From Chiloscyllium plagiosum (taxonomy: Eukaryota), in contig NC_057728.1 in NCBI RefSeq assembly GCF_004010195.1, positions 42,942,319 to 42,988,302 of the forward strand: DNA of 45,984 nucleotides, in the 5' to 3' direction. Below are positions 21,309 to 34,822 of this stretch, one piece after another. Made by a program: the position numbers and the translations under genes. Positions within the stretch are counted from its first letter, which is position 1. The number at the start of each line of letters is the position of its first letter. The notes below the pieces were generated by a model. It was not told the origin of the DNA. It searched no databases and saw only the letters and a program-made list of their open reading frames with translations.

Positions 21309-21514
21309 AACATTAGATTAGATTACCTAAGGTGTAAGGTTGTGACCTGGGTTAGAGCAATCTCAGCTATCTGTAGGAAGAGAGTTAATGTTCTTCTCCA
21401 GTCATCGGCATCTTCTCTCTCATCTCACACTCACTCTATCTCTGCTATTCTACCCATCTCCCACCATGGTGCATGCTCTACGATTTTCACTAATGGATGT
21501 CATGTACAGTTATA

Positions 21515-21870
21515 GCGTCATAGAATCATTTGGCACAGAAACAGTCTCTTTGGTACATGCTGAACCAAATACCAAACTAAACTAGCACACCTGCCTGCTC
21601 CTGCTCCAGATCCCTCCAAAACGTTCCTATTCATGTACTTATCCAAATGCCTTTTAAACTTTGGAATTGTACTCATACCCATTACTTTCTTAGGAGGTTC
21701 ATTCTACATGCAAACCACTGCTGTATAAAAAATTTGCTCTGCGTGTCATTTTTAAATCTCTCTCCTCTCACCATAAAAATGTGCCCCTGGTCTTGAAATC
21801 CCCATCCTATAGAAAAGACAACAACCATTAAACCTACTATACCCCTCATTATTTTGTAAACTTCTGTGCA
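21515..21870 (-). mobile_element. CR1 3' fragment
   Basis: Minus ORF EVYKIMRGI...VRGERFK.D...FF.Q. Confidence 0.75.
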
Positions 21871-22064
21871 TCCTAGTCTCCAGCTTGATAAAGTTCTCCA
21901 ACTGCACCAATAGTAATGTTCATGCCACATATTTTCATCTCCTGGTATACTTGCCCCTCTGTCATATCAGGAACAAAACAGCACTGAAAACGCTAGAAAG
22001 GATCAAGATGAACATCAAGGATCAGGATGGGATGCATGTCCTTATTGCAAGACTTTATAAAAGA

Positions 22065-24210
22065 TCTTAAACTCAGAGAACACTTAGGAGGCAGCGATCA
22101 CAATATGGTAGAGTCCAGTCTGCAGTTCAAAAGAGAGAAGGCAAAATCGGATGTAACGGTGTTACAGTTAATAAAGGTAATTACAGGGGCATGAGAGAGG
22201 AATTAGACAACCATGGCTGGCAAAATAACTTGGAAATGTATCACAGAAAAAGAGAGAGTCTATAAAGTGTCCAAGAGCACTGGGAAATCAGAAGATTGGG
22301 AAGACTACAAAAACAAACAGAGGATAACAAAGAGAGAAATAAGGAAGGATGGATCAAATATAAAGGTAAGCTGGCAAGTAATATTAGAAATGAGAGTAAA
22401 AGTTTCTATCAGTACATAAGAAACAAATGAGAGGCACAAGTAGAGATTGGACTGCTCCAAATTGTTTCAGGAAAGCTAGTGTTGGGAGACAAGGAAATAG
22501 CTGAAGAACATAATAAATACTTTGTGTCAATCTTCACTGTGGAAGACATGAGTAATATCCCAACAATTAAGGATAGTCAAGGGGCAGAGTTGAGTATGGT
22601 GGCCATTACAAATGAGAAAGTATTTGATAAATTAAAAGGTCTAAAAATTGATAAATCTCCTGGCCCCGATGGGCTACACACTAGAGTTCTGAGGGAGGTG
22701 GCTGAAGAAATAATGGAGGTGTTGATTGTAATCTTTCAAAAATCACTGGAGTCAGGGAAAGTCTCAGATGATTGGAAAATCACTGTTGTAACCCCCTTGT
22801 TCAAGAAATGATCAAGACAAATGATGGAAAATTATAGGTCAATTAGCTTAACCTCAGTTGCAGGTAAAATTCTAGGATCCATTGTTAAGGATGAGATTTC
22901 TAAATTTTTGGAAATGCATAGTCAAATTAGAACAAGTCAGCATGGATTTAGTAAGGGGACGTCTGCCTGATAAACCTGTTAGAATTCTTTGAAGAGGTTA
23001 GACCAGGGAAACCCAGTGGATGTTATCTACATAGACTTCCAAAAGGTCTTTGACAAGGTACCTCACAGAAGACTGCTGAGTAAGGTGAGGGCCCATAGTG
23101 TTCGAGGTGAGCTAATGGCATGGATTGAAGATTGGCTGACAGAAGGCAGTGAGTTGGGATAAAAGGTTATTTTTCAGAATGGCAGCTGGTGACAAGTGGT
23201 GTCCCGCAGGGTTCAGTGTTGGGGCCACAGCTGTTCACTTTATATATTAATGATCTGGATGAAGAGACTGGGGCATTCTGGCGAAGTTCGCCGATGGTAT
23301 GAAGTTTGGTGGACAGACAGGTAGTTCTGAGGAGGTGGGGAGGCTACAGAAAGATTTAGACAGTTTAGGAGAGTGGTCCAGGAAATGGCTGATGAAATTC
23401 AATATGAGCAAATGCGAGATCTTGCACTTTGGAAGAAAGAACACAGGCATGGACTATTTTATAAACGCTGAGAAAATTCATAAGGCCAAAGTACAAAAGA
23501 ATCTGGGAGTGCTAGTACAGGATTTTCTAAAGGTTGACTTGCAGGTTGAGTCCATGGTTAAGAAAGCAAATGTAATGTTGTCAGTTATCTCAAGAGTGTT
23601 GGAATGTAAAAGGAGTGATGTGCTGCTGAGACTTTATAAAGCTCTGGTTAGGCCACATTTAGAATACTGGGTCCAGTTTTGTGCTCCACACCTCAGGAAG
23701 GACATACTGGCACTGGAGCGTGTCCAGCAGAGATTCACACGGATGATCCTTGGAATGGTAGGCCTAACATACGATGAACGGCTGAGGATCCTGGCATTGT
23801 ATTCATTAGAGTTCAGAAGGTTGAGGGGAGATCTAATAAAAACTTACAAGATAATACATGGCTTAGAAAGGGTGGACGCAGGGACATTGTTTCTGTCAGG
23901 CAGGGATACTTGGACTCGTAGTCACAGCCTTAGAGTTAGAGAGGGTCGATTTAGAATGGAAATGAGGAGACATTTCTTCGCCAGAGAGTGGCGGACCTGT
24001 GGAATTCATTGCCACAGAGTGCAATGGAGCATGGGATGTTAAATGTCTTCAAGGCAGAGATTGATAAATTCTCAATCTCGCAAGAAATTAAGTGAAACGG
24101 GGAGAGTGCGGTAAGTGGCATTGAAATGCCCATCAGCATCGAATGGCGGAGTGGACTCGATGGACTGAATGGCCTTACTTCCTCTCCTATTTCTTGTGGT
24201 CTTATGGTCT
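22065..24210 (+). mobile_element. CR1 LINE ORF2 (RT) remnant with 3' end
   Basis: [63 protein letters not shown]; stops and frameshifts; tail CTTATGGTCTTA. Confidence 0.92.
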
Positions 24211-24299
24211 TATTGGGACAGAATCCCGACTCTGAAAGCCTTGAACAGAGCCTTTTTTGCTTTCAGATGCTGCCCTTTACTTACTTTGCCGGAATCTGT

Positions 24300-27200
24300 A
24301 GAACAGAGATCGTAGACAGTACAGCACAGTACAGGCCCTTCAGCCCTCGATGTTGTGCCAATCTTTTATCCTACTCTAACATCAGACTAACCAACATACC
24401 ATTCATTGTACTATCTTCCATGTGCCTATCCAAGAGTCGCTTAAATGTCCCTAATGTATCTGGCTCAATTACCACTGCTGGCAGTGCATTCCATGCGACC
24501 ACCACTCTCTGTGTAAAGAATCTATCTCTGATATCTCCTTTAAAAAGTCCTGCAATCACCTTAAGCTTGTGCTGTCTCATGATAGACATTTGTGCCATGT
24601 GGAAAAAGTCTGTGACTAGCCACTCTATCTGTGCCTCTCATCATCTTGCACACATCTATCAAGCCACCTTTCATCCTTCTTCTCTCCAATGAGAAAAACC
24701 CTAGCTCTCTCAACCTTTCTTCATAAGACATGTCCTCAAGTCCAGGTAGTATCCTGGTAAATCTCCTCTGCACCCTCTCTAAATTTTCCACATCTTTCCT
24801 AAAATGAGGCGACAAGAACTGAAAACAATATTCCAAGTGTGGTGTAACCAGGGCTCCAGAGAGCTGCAGCATAACCTCGTGTCTCTTAAACTCAATCTCT
24901 CTGCTAATGAAAGCCAACATACCATATGCTTATCAACTTGGGTGGCAACATTGAGGGATCTATGGACCCCAAGATTGCTCTGTTCCTCCACACTGCCAAG
25001 AATCCTGCCAATAACCCTGTATTCTGCATTCAAATTCAACCTTCCAAACTGAATCACTTTACACTTTTCAGGGTTGAACTCTATCTGCTACTTATCAGCC
25101 TAGATCTGCATCCTATCAATGTTCCATTGCAACCTACAACAGCCCTTCACACTATCCACAACTCCACCAACCATTGTGTCATTGGCAAAATTACTAACCC
25201 ACCCTTCCATTTCCTTATCCAAGTCATTTATAAAAATCACAAAGAGCAGATGTCCCAGAAACCATCCCTGTGTAACATCACCGGTCACCAAGCTCCAGGC
25301 TGCATACTTTCCATCTACTACCACTCTTTGTCTTCTATGGGCCAGCCAATTGTGTATCCAGACTGACAGGTTTCCCTGTATCCAATGCCTCCTTACTTTC
25401 TGAATGAGACTATCATGGGGAATGTTATCAAACGCCTTGCTAAAATCCACATACACCACATCCACTGCTCTACCTTCATCAGTGTGTTTTGTCACATCCT
25501 CAAATAATTCAATAAAGTTTCTGAGGCATGACCTGCTCTTCACAAAGCCATGCTGACTATCTCTAATCAAACTATGGTTTTCCAAGTAATCATAAATCCT
25601 GTCTCTCAGAATTCACTCCAATACTTTGCCCACCACTGACGTAAGATTGACTGGTCTGTAATTCCCAGGATTATCCCCTGTTCACTTTCTTGAACAAGAG
25701 AATAACATTTGCCACCCTCCAATCATCTGGCATGACTCCAGTGGACAGTGAGGAAGCAAAGATCATCGCCAAAGGCACAGCAATCTCTTCCTCACTTCCT
25801 GTGGTAACCAAAGATATATCCCGACTCGCCCAGGGATTTATCTATTCTTATGTTTTTCAAATTTTTCAGCACATCCTCCTTCCTAACATCAGCCTGTTCT
25901 AGCATATCCGTCTGTTTCACACTGTCCTCAGAAATGTCAAGGTCCGCCTCAGTAGTGAATACTGACGCAAAGTATTCATTAAGGACCTCCCCTACCTTCT
26001 CCGAGTCCAGGTGCAAGTTCCCTCCACTATTCCTGATTGGCCCTACCCTCACTTTGGCCATCCTCTTGTTCCTCATATAAGTGTAGAATGTATTCGAGTT
26101 TTCCTTAATTCTACCCACAAAAGCATTTTCATACCCCTTTCTAGCTCTTCTAAGTCCATTCTTCAGTTCCTTCCTGGCTATCTGTCCAGCACTATCAGCG
26201 AGTGCTTCCTAAGCAACCTCTACATTTTCATCGTGCATTTCCCTGAGAACTGTTCCAAATTTAGATGCCCCAGTTTCTGCCTAATAACATTATAATTCCC
26301 CCTCACCCAATTAAGTATTTTCCCATGCCATCTGATCCTATCCCTCTCCATGAATATAGTAAAGGTTAGGGAGTTGTGATCACTGTCACTGAAATACACT
26401 CCCACCGAAAGATCTGATACCTGGCATGGTTTGTTGCCACACACCAAATCCAAAATGGCCTCCCCTCTCATCTGCCTTTCTACATATTGTGCCAGGAACC
26501 CTTGCTGGACACACCTGACAAAAACTGCTCCATCCAAACTATTTGCATTTAGAAGATTCCAAAAATATTAGGGAAGTTAAAGTCACCCATAACAACAACC
26601 CTATTAATTCTGCACCTTTCCAAAATCTGCATCCCAATCTGCTCCTCTGTGTCTCTGTTGCTATTCGGGGTCTGTAGAAAACACCCAATAAAGTGATTGC
26701 TCCTTTCCTGTTTCTGACTTCCACCCATACTGACTCTGTAGACAAACCTTCCTCGATGACCTCCCTTTCTGCAACTGTCACAGTATTCTTGATTAGCAAT
26801 GCCACTCCCCCACCTCTTTTATCTCTCCCCATTCCTTTTGAAACATCTAAACCCTGGAACATCCAATAACCATTCCTGCCCCCAGGATATTCAAGTCTCT
26901 GTAATGACCACAACATCATAGTTCCAAGTACTGATCCATGCTTCAGGTTTGTCACTCTTATTCCTGATACTTCTTGCATTAAAATAGTCACACTTCAACC
27001 CATCACACTGACTGCACACCTTTGCCTTATCAAATGTCTATCCCCGCCTCACAGACTCTCCACATGCTGTACCTGACTGTTCACTACCTACTTTATCATT
27101 TGATCTGTAGCTTCGGTTCCCACCCCCCCTCTCAAAGAGCTCTAGCAAACCTCCTGGCCAGGATATTGGTGCCCCTCCAGTTCAGGTGTAACTCATCCTT

Positions 27201-27909
27201 CTTGTACAGGTCCTACCTTCCCCAGATGGTGCCCCAATGATCCACATATCTGAAGCCCTCCTTCCTACACCAGCCCTGCAGCCACATGGTCATCGGCACT
27301 CGCTCTCTATTCCTAGCCTCACTAGACAATGGCACCATTGTCCTACTCTGCTCATCCTGCCTTCTAACTTCCAACCTAACTCCATATATTCTCTTTTCAG
27401 GTCCTCATCCCTTTCCCTACCTATGTCACTGGTACCAATGTATACCATGACTTTTGGCTGCTCTCCCTTCCCCTTAAGAATCCTGTAGACTTGATCCAAG
27501 ACATCCCTGACCCTGACACTTGGGACGCAACACACCATCAGGAGTCTTCTTTGTGACCACAGAATCTCCTGTTTGCTACTCTCATGATTGAATCTCCTAT
27601 CACTATCACACTCCTATCCTTCCCCCTTCCCTTCTGAACCACGGAGCCAGACTCAGTGCCTCAGACCTGGCTAGTGGCTTTCCCCTGGTAGGTCATCCAC
27701 CCCAACAGTATACAAAATAATATACTTATTATTGAGGGCAATGGGTGTCGTTGCAGTGTCTGCTTATTCCCTTTCCCTCTCCTGACGGTCACCCAACTAC
27801 CTTTATTCTGTAACTTAGGTGTGACTACCTCCCTTAACTCCTCTCTATCAACCCTTCAGCCTCCCAAATGATCCAAAGTTCATCCAGCTCCAGCTCCAGT
27901 TCCCTAACA
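24300..27909 (-). mobile_element. Near-full-length degenerate CR1 LINE (ORF1 esterase remnant, APE endonuclease, RT, 3' tail)
   Basis: Fragments ELELDEL, IGTSDIGR, ESVWVEVRNRKGAITLLGVFYRP, EAILDLV, SDHNSL, SQHGFVKSRSCL, DVVYVDFSKAFD, PHLEYCFQF; many disablements. Confidence 0.93.
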
Positions 27910-29157
27910 TGGGTTAGCGATGGCTTTCTCTGTTGAATGGACTGAGGCTTACCGACAACTATGATAAGCTTCTTGGTTTTGTGTCTGTGCTATATGGCAT
28001 TGCATTATAGTTGTAATGTGAACCTGATATATCTGGCTGAGGGTCAATGTGCAAAAAGGCAAGGCAAAGCAAGGATGCTGTGAACATCAATGTAGACTCA
28101 GAGAAAGTGAGCACTCTGACAGCCATTGGACAGCTCAAAGATTAAGCATAGTTCAATCCCTGAGAGCAAAATGCCCTTGTTCCTGTATTACAAATATAGC
28201 TACTGGTGCATCATTGAAGTGCAGAAATCTCCTGTAGGTGATCAGATAGATCCCATGAGTATTCATTGAGATTGGCCCATATCAGATGCTAATGTCTGTG
28301 GATGTGGGGTGTGTGTAGCAAGTGGCAATGGAGGTGTCCGAGATGTTGATGCCCTATTTTCAATATGGATGTCATTTAAAGCAAGAAGTGAGTTAAACCC
28401 ACTAAGAACCCATTCTCATTCCCACATTGAGTTTTCCCAATGGCTAATTTTTATGGCAAGTATAGTAAGAGCAGAGACAATCTTAACCATGCCTTTTGAA
28501 AGTTCATGTATACCACATCAATCACATTACAATCATTAGACTGGAATGGCAAACCCAAACTATTTTATTAATTTTATTGCATATATATAAGTTAAGACAA
28601 CAATCTACGGCCTCTTGATTCATTTCAATGTGGACCAGATGAAAGTATGTCCTTTAGATCGAGTTTTCGGAGGAGTTGCACAGTTTAGACAGCAACATTC
28701 AAATTTTTGTGCTTCACTGAGCATAGGCTGTCTCCAGAAACACTGTCCAATTTGCACATTTATGACAGTGAATATCATTAACCTCATCTTTACTTTTACA
28801 GCAAAATTCACCTTAACCTGTAAAGTTGTGTTCAATCGAAACGTGCTGATGGCAAGAAATGTTTCTTTTTCTTACCTTACTTGGCTCCATGATTATTAGT
28901 CATGAATGAGTGACATCTTCCCTCAGTATAACATCAGTAAGAGTAAAACCATTTTACTTGATTCTCATCAAAGACTCTGTATCATAGACTTTAACTTCAC
29001 CCCTTCGCTACCTATTCCCTCAGGCTGAACTTAAAACAGTATTCCTCCTCAATGACCTTAGAATTTAAATAGAGCTTTAAAACTTGATCTTGTTTTCCAG
29101 TAAGTATACGTATTTCCAACTCCACAAAATGGTGCACCTCTCTCCCTATCCAGTTAT

Positions 29158-29316
29158 TTTATTGCTGGAACAGCACAGCAGGTCAGGCAGCATCCAGGGA
29201 ACAGGAGATTCGACGTTTCGGGCACAGGCCCTTCTTCAGGAATTCCTGACCTGCTGTGCTGTTCCAGCAATAAAGTTTCAACTTTGATCTCCAGCATCTG
29301 CAGACCTCACTTTCTC
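29158..29316. mobile_element. Young Penelope-derived hairpin mini-element with 14-bp TSD
   Basis: Perfect 30-bp inverted repeat 29158-29187 / 29245-29274; direct repeat CCCTATCCAGTTAT at 29144-29157 and 29317-29330. Confidence 0.85.
29204..29246 (-). ncRNA. Minimal type I hammerhead ribozyme, apparently complete
   Basis: Minus strand GGAAUUC-CUGAAGA-A-GGGC-CUGU-GCCC-GAAA-CG-UC-GAAUCUCC: intact core, 4-bp stem II, palindromic ACGU stem III, GUC triplet, stem I AUUC/GAAU. Confidence 0.75.
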
Positions 29317-29419
29317 CCCTATCCAGTTATCTCTAGAATACAGGATGTTGTCATTTTTTGACTAAATTTCTTCCATGTTATTTTCGCTGGACTTCCAAGT
29401 TCCAGGAGAAATTAATTGG

Positions 29420-30190
29420 AATGAAAATTGAGGACCTGAACTCAAACATCTCAGGTTGTTGAATGAGGTAATTATAGAGAATGTTGGTTCATTGATGCTT
29501 GACTTCCAAAATTCTGTAGATTCTGAAAAGATTCCTGCAGACTGGAAGCTAGCAATTGTCATCCTACAATTTAAGAAGGGAGCAAGATAGAAAACAGGAA
29601 ACGTCAGACCTGTTAGCCTTACATCCATATTAGAGGAATGCTAGGATCTATTATAAAGGATGTGATAAATGGACACTTGGATAATGATGATTTGAATGGG
29701 AGTAATCAGCATAGATTTACACATGGGAAATCTTGGAGATTTTTGAGGAAATGTTTTCTTGACTTGTGGGATGTAGGTGTTGTTGCCTGGCCAGCATTTA
29801 TTGTCCATCATTAGTTGCCCTTGAGAAGGTGGTGGTGGGCTGCCTTCTTTAACCACTGCAGTCCATGTGTTGCATTGGTCCCACATTGCACCTAGGGTAT
29901 CACATACAGTTTTGGTCTCTTTATCTCAGGAGAGATATCATTGCTGTACAGAGGGTGTAATGAAGGTTTACCAGACTTGTTCTTGGAATAACAGAACAGT
30001 CCTATGATGAAAGATTGAGCAAACCTGACCTGCATCCTCTAGAGATTTGAAGAATAAGAGACAATCTCATTGAAAACTACGAAATGTTTAGAAGGATAGA
30101 CAGGGTAGATGAAGGTTAAAAAGTTCTTATGATTGGATTGAATGATAGAATCAGGTTCCACAGATTGAATTGCCTATTTCTTTCCCTATG
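29420..30190 (+). mobile_element. Fragmented CR1 remnants with an inserted minus-strand LINE/SINE tail (29765-29870)
   Basis: GACTGGAAGCTAGCAATTGTC, CAGACCTGTTAGCCTTACATC (RPVSLTS), AGGTTTACCAGACTTG; insert GGCCAGCATTTATTGTCCATC..TTGCCCTTGAGAAGGTGGTGGTG. Confidence 0.6.
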
Positions 30191-30584
30191 TTTTAATCCA
30201 AAATAAAGCCTCCCACATTCTACATTTCATTAACCCCAATCCCTATCACTTTCGTTCTTTTTGATTTCTCCTGCTCCATATCCTTGAAACACATCAAATT
30301 CAAATCGTTCAAATTCATATCAAAAGTTCTGAATGACAAAGCTCCCTCTGAATTTGTAAAATCTTCCATCCAGATATAATACCTCACATCCTCTACTCTT
30401 TCAATGCTGATCGCTTACAGATTGTGAACCCATTGACCATGTCAGCACCTTCAATTACCTTATTTCCACAGTCTCCAAAAATTAATGTTTCTACAATCCC
30501 CATCCTTCTGCAAAAGTCTTTTCAAGTTCTCTCTATTTAAGTATACCTTTGGTCTCTCCTTCCAATTATCACCCACTGCTTGGT

Positions 30585-30622
30585 ATTCCTTCTAATCCTT
30601 GTCATTCCTTCTAATCCTTGTC
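30585..30622. repeat. 19-bp perfect tandem duplication
   Basis: ATTCCTTCTAATCCTTGTC x2. Confidence 0.9.
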
Positions 30623-31079
30623 ATGTGCTTTGAGATGTTTTGCTGTATTAGCAGGTTTCATTATTAAAATGAAATAAAAGCAATTTGTGCAGAAAGCCAA
30701 TCAATGTTTCTGAAAGCAGAAAATGGTAATTTTTGCATACAATTCATCATCAACATTGCATTTTCTCTGTCTTTTGATCAAGTGCAGAAGCCTTATTTTG
30801 AATCTGAAGCAGAAATTAGATAATTTGGGCCTGAGGTGGGTGGTCAGTAATCCTGACCTTTTCACTTTCAGGAGGTTTTAACTCCTGAACCTCATCTGCA
30901 TGCTAATGGAAGGTGTACCGCCTGAACTTGCTAGGAAGCTTACTGGAAGAATGCAGTGCCAAGTAGGAGGACAAAGATGGTAGTTACCAAAGAAATGCTC
31001 AGGTAGTTCACTTTAAGGACATTTTTGGTGAGGGAACACTGAAGCTGGAGAGGTCAAAACATTTCTTCATGGGTTGGAC

Positions 31080-32625
31080 AAAGCCAGCATGGATTTTTGA
31101 AAGCAGGTCATGCTTAACAAATCTACTGGAGGTTTTTTGAGAATGTAACTAGTAGATAAGAGTTACTATTGAAGGTTGTGTATTTGGATTTTCAGAAGGC
31201 TTTTGATGAAACCCCACAGAAAAGGTTAGAAAGCAAAATTAAAGCCCCATTGAACTAGAGGTAATATGTTGGTTGAGAGGCAGCAATGGAGAGTGGGAAT
31301 AAATGGGTCTTTTTCTGTGTGGCAGGCAGTGATTCGTGGTGTATTGCAAGGATCAATGCTTGGGCCTTAATTGTTCATGAAATATATATGGATGCACGAA
31401 ACAAATACAACATTTCCAAGCTTGCTGATGACACAAAACTGGACGGGATTGTGAACTGTGAGGTGATGCAAGGAAGCTTTGAGGTGATTCAGACTAGTTG
31501 AGTGAGTGGACAAACAGATGGCAGATGCAATTCAATGTGTTTAGAAATGAAGTTATACACTTTGGTGTGAAAAACAGAAAGGCAGCGTATTATTCAAATT
31601 ATGATATATTGGGAAATGTGGATATACAAAGGGACTAGGTGTCCATATACAGTAGTCAATGAAAGTAAATAGGTTAGTGTAGCAAGCAATTAGTGGGGGA
31701 AAATGGTATATTAGCCTTCATTGCAAGAGGATTCAAGTTCAGAAATAGGGATGTTTTACTACAGTTATTCAGGGCCTGGTGAGATCACATCAAGAGTATT
31801 GCATGCACTTTTGAGTGGTTAGCACTGCAACCTCACAGCACCAGGGTCCCAGGTTCGATTCCAGCCTTGGGTGACTGTACGTGTGGTGTTTGCACATTCT
31901 CCCCATGTCTGTGTGGGTTTCCTCCGGCTGCTCCGGTTTCCTCCCACAGTCCAAAGATGTGCAGGTCAGGTGAATTATTAAATTGCAATTAGTTAGGTGT
32001 TAGGTGCATTAGTCAGCGGGAAATGGGTCTGGGTGGGTTACTCTTTGGAGGGTCGGTGTGGACTGGTCAGGCCGAAGGGCCTGTTTACACACTGTAGGGA
32101 ATCTAATCTAATCTAATATAATCTACCTCAGAAAGGGTATACTTGTCATAGAGGGAGTGAAGCAGAGGTTCACTCGGCTGATACTGGGGATGGCAGGACT
32201 GCCCTATGAGAAGAGATTAGTGCAACTGGACCTGTATTTACTAAAATTTATAAGGATGAGAGTGAATTTGATTGAAATGCATAAAATTCTAACAAAGCTG
32301 AACAGACTAAATAAAGGGAGAAAAGTTACCTGGTTGGGAGTCTAGAACCAGGGGTCACACACTCAAGATAGGGGGTGGGCCATTGAAGATACAGATGGAT
32401 TTTTTTTACCCAAGGTAATGAACTGTGGAATTCTGTATCACAGAAGGCTGTAGATTTTAAGAAAGAAATAGAGAATTTTTTAGATATTAAAAACATCAAG
32501 GGGCATGGGGTAAAAGCAGGAAAATAGCATCAAGATGGAGGGTCAGCAATGATTATACTGAATGGTGGCTAAGGTATGAATGGCTAAATGACCTACTCCT
32601 GCTCCTGGTTTCTACATTTCTTATG
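31080..32625 (+). mobile_element. Degenerate CR1 RT/3' fragment split by an HE1 SINE
   Basis: SQHGF, YLDFQKAFD, ISKLADDTKL, QRFTRLILGMAGLPYEKRL; CR1 tail CCTACTCCTGCTCCT...TTCTTATG. Confidence 0.85.
31814..32125 (+). mobile_element. HE1 SINE (tRNA-derived V-SINE)
   Basis: AGTGGTTAGCACTGC A-box, GGTTCGATTCC B-box, V-domain GTGTGG.GTTTGCACATTCTCCCC.TGTCTG.GTGGGTTTCCTCCGG.TGCTCCGGTTTCCTCCCACA, (AATCT)n tail. Confidence 0.92.
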
Positions 32626-34259
32626 GAGCTTGCTACAGCATTTTACTCTACAAGAAATGTGAACAAAGGAGTAAACAGACTTACCTTATTGCTCCTTTGC
32701 TTTCCTGGATCCTTTTTCTGCTCGCTGGACTTGGCATGATACAAAGAATCATTTCTTCACTGAGGTCCATAATTCAAACAGACATTGAGCCAGATGACAG
32801 CATCAGGGAATAATCTGCATATTTGAAGAAGAAACCTGCATTTTTCGGTGGCTTTCCTCCCCATTTGCTCAGGAGAATAGGTTAAAATTGTAGGATGAGG
32901 AATGAGTCGCACAAACACTTTTAACGGTCTGATTGATCAGATTAAAATTGTCCCCTAAGTACAGATTTAGTTGAGAAAGAAAGCATGTGAAAACTTGTAA
33001 AGTTAATGAATGTAAAGAAAAATATCATAATTGTCCGATAAAATGTTAAAGCAGTTTATGCCTTAGATTGAAGAGGTAATATTAACAGCTGGAAGGGTGT
33101 CAACACACGCACTAAGAATGGATAGTGAGACACAGTAATAACTGTAAATATATATCTTAAATTCAGTTTTCAGACAAAAGATATTATTACTTACTAGAAT
33201 TTTAGAGAAAGAACTGTTTAAAGTTGAAGTGGGAATTTACCTATAATAATTAACATCCTTTCTTTGAAACATTACATGTAATCATCTTTTTATATCTACA
33301 GTTTATTCCAATAAGTTATTTTGAGATTGAATGCTGCTTAGCAATGTATGTGGTTGTTGTAAGAACACGTGTCCCACAGAGTCCACTTTATAACTGCAAG
33401 ATTACCATCAGTGTTAGATATCATCTGACACAGCATAGCTAAAAACGCAAAAATAGCAACATAATACATTAAAGAACACATAGGCAATAATCAGACACCA
33501 CAGCAATTTGATCAAACAAGAAAGAAAATGAATAAGATTATTCTGCAAAATGTTTTATTTGTTTCTATCCTAACTAACAGCTTTGTCCGTAATGGGGTGA
33601 TATTGATAGCTTATGTCAAAGTGCAACTCCAAAGTCAACTGCTGGCTGGAATCTATGAGACTGTATGGATGGAATTTTAGTTTACGACAGTCAGTAAAGT
33701 AAATCTGACATTCCCGAAACACAAGTCATCTGCACCGAAACAGGCAGCTGATTGGCACTTGATGTGAAAGCTGCAGGAATGACAGATTATTAGTGGAGAA
33801 GTGAATTAAATTAAACAAACCTGTAAGGTTTTTACACTTGAAGGGGAAATGATGGAATAGTATTATTGTCACAATTTCACTGGACTGTCATTGCCACTGG
33901 ACGAGTAATCCAGAAGCCTGGGGCATTGCTCTGGGGGGGAAAGAGTTCAATCCCACTAAAACAGCTGCAGGAATTTAATTCATTTAATCTTGAATTAAAA
34001 CTAGACTCTGAAATCACAACTATAAAACCAATGTTATTTGTCTCTGGTTGGCAATGTTCTTTGGGGAAGGAAAGCTGCCATACATATCTAATCTGTGCTT
34101 ACACATGGCTCCATAACAATTGGTTGACTCTTAACTGTCCTCTATAATGCCTTTGTCAAACAATCAGATGTATGAACCTTTTTCAGAAAAGTCAAAAAAG
34201 GCATGAAAATGGACATACCAACAGCTATCAAGGCAGTGCAAATGACAGGGACACGCTCA

Positions 34260-34822
34260 TGGTATGGACTGAGCCAAGAAAGTAGCCCATGCTCTAACAT
34301 TGCTGGTTATTTTACGCAGGTGTAGAGTGACTATTTTAGGAATGATGCAGCTAGCCCAACCACTTAGTTTTCAATAAAACAAAATTTATTTTCAAGATTA
34401 CCAAAAGAAACACAAACTGAAGAGAACAGAATATAAAATAACTTAACCGAGCCGAAAACCCAACAGATTATTTCATCTTCATGATACTGTTCCAAGTACT
34501 TGCAACAATCCCCATAAACACTCCTTTACGACAGAGAGAGAGAGATAGCAGAGAAATTCAGCATGGAACACCTTCTTCCATGTAGCTGTTTCTTGGTCTT
34601 GCCAAGAAAAACTGACCTCAAAAACTGACTGCTTGCTAAAAACCAAACCAAACCAGAGAAGCATTGAGCTGGAAGAACTTTCATTGTACAAGTGTTTTCT
34701 TTTAAACTTGAAAGCATTCTCAAGTAGTTAAACCTAGACTTTTCGGAATCACTGCTTTTATGACCTCTCTGATAAAAAGGCCAAGGACAGCATAACCTTG
34801 TTAAAGGAGCATCATCATCACA
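34260..34822 (-). mobile_element. Solo LTR with 4-bp TSD
   Basis: TG(G)TATGGAC...CATCATCACA termini; CTCA at 34256-34259 and 34823-34826; termini and (GA)n tract resemble the reverse complement of 3679-4681. Confidence 0.7.

Noticed and set aside
30837..30845. Perfect Gli site TGGGTGGTC (and GACCACCCA at 45916-45924)
   Set aside because: Isolated 9-mers far downstream, one inside Tx1 coding sequence; nothing supports equating them with the upstream Shh-responsive epaxial enhancer
31814..31865. tRNA genes at A/B-box motifs (also 43337, 42700, 16238)
   Set aside because: SINE heads followed by V-domain or other SINE body; no proper cloverleaf or terminator
32679..32840. Possible minus-strand exon ending at AG|GTAAGT (e.g. 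of lin7a)
   Set aside because: All frames from the candidate acceptor contain stops and no PDZ/L27 similarity is seen; a non-coding exon cannot be excluded
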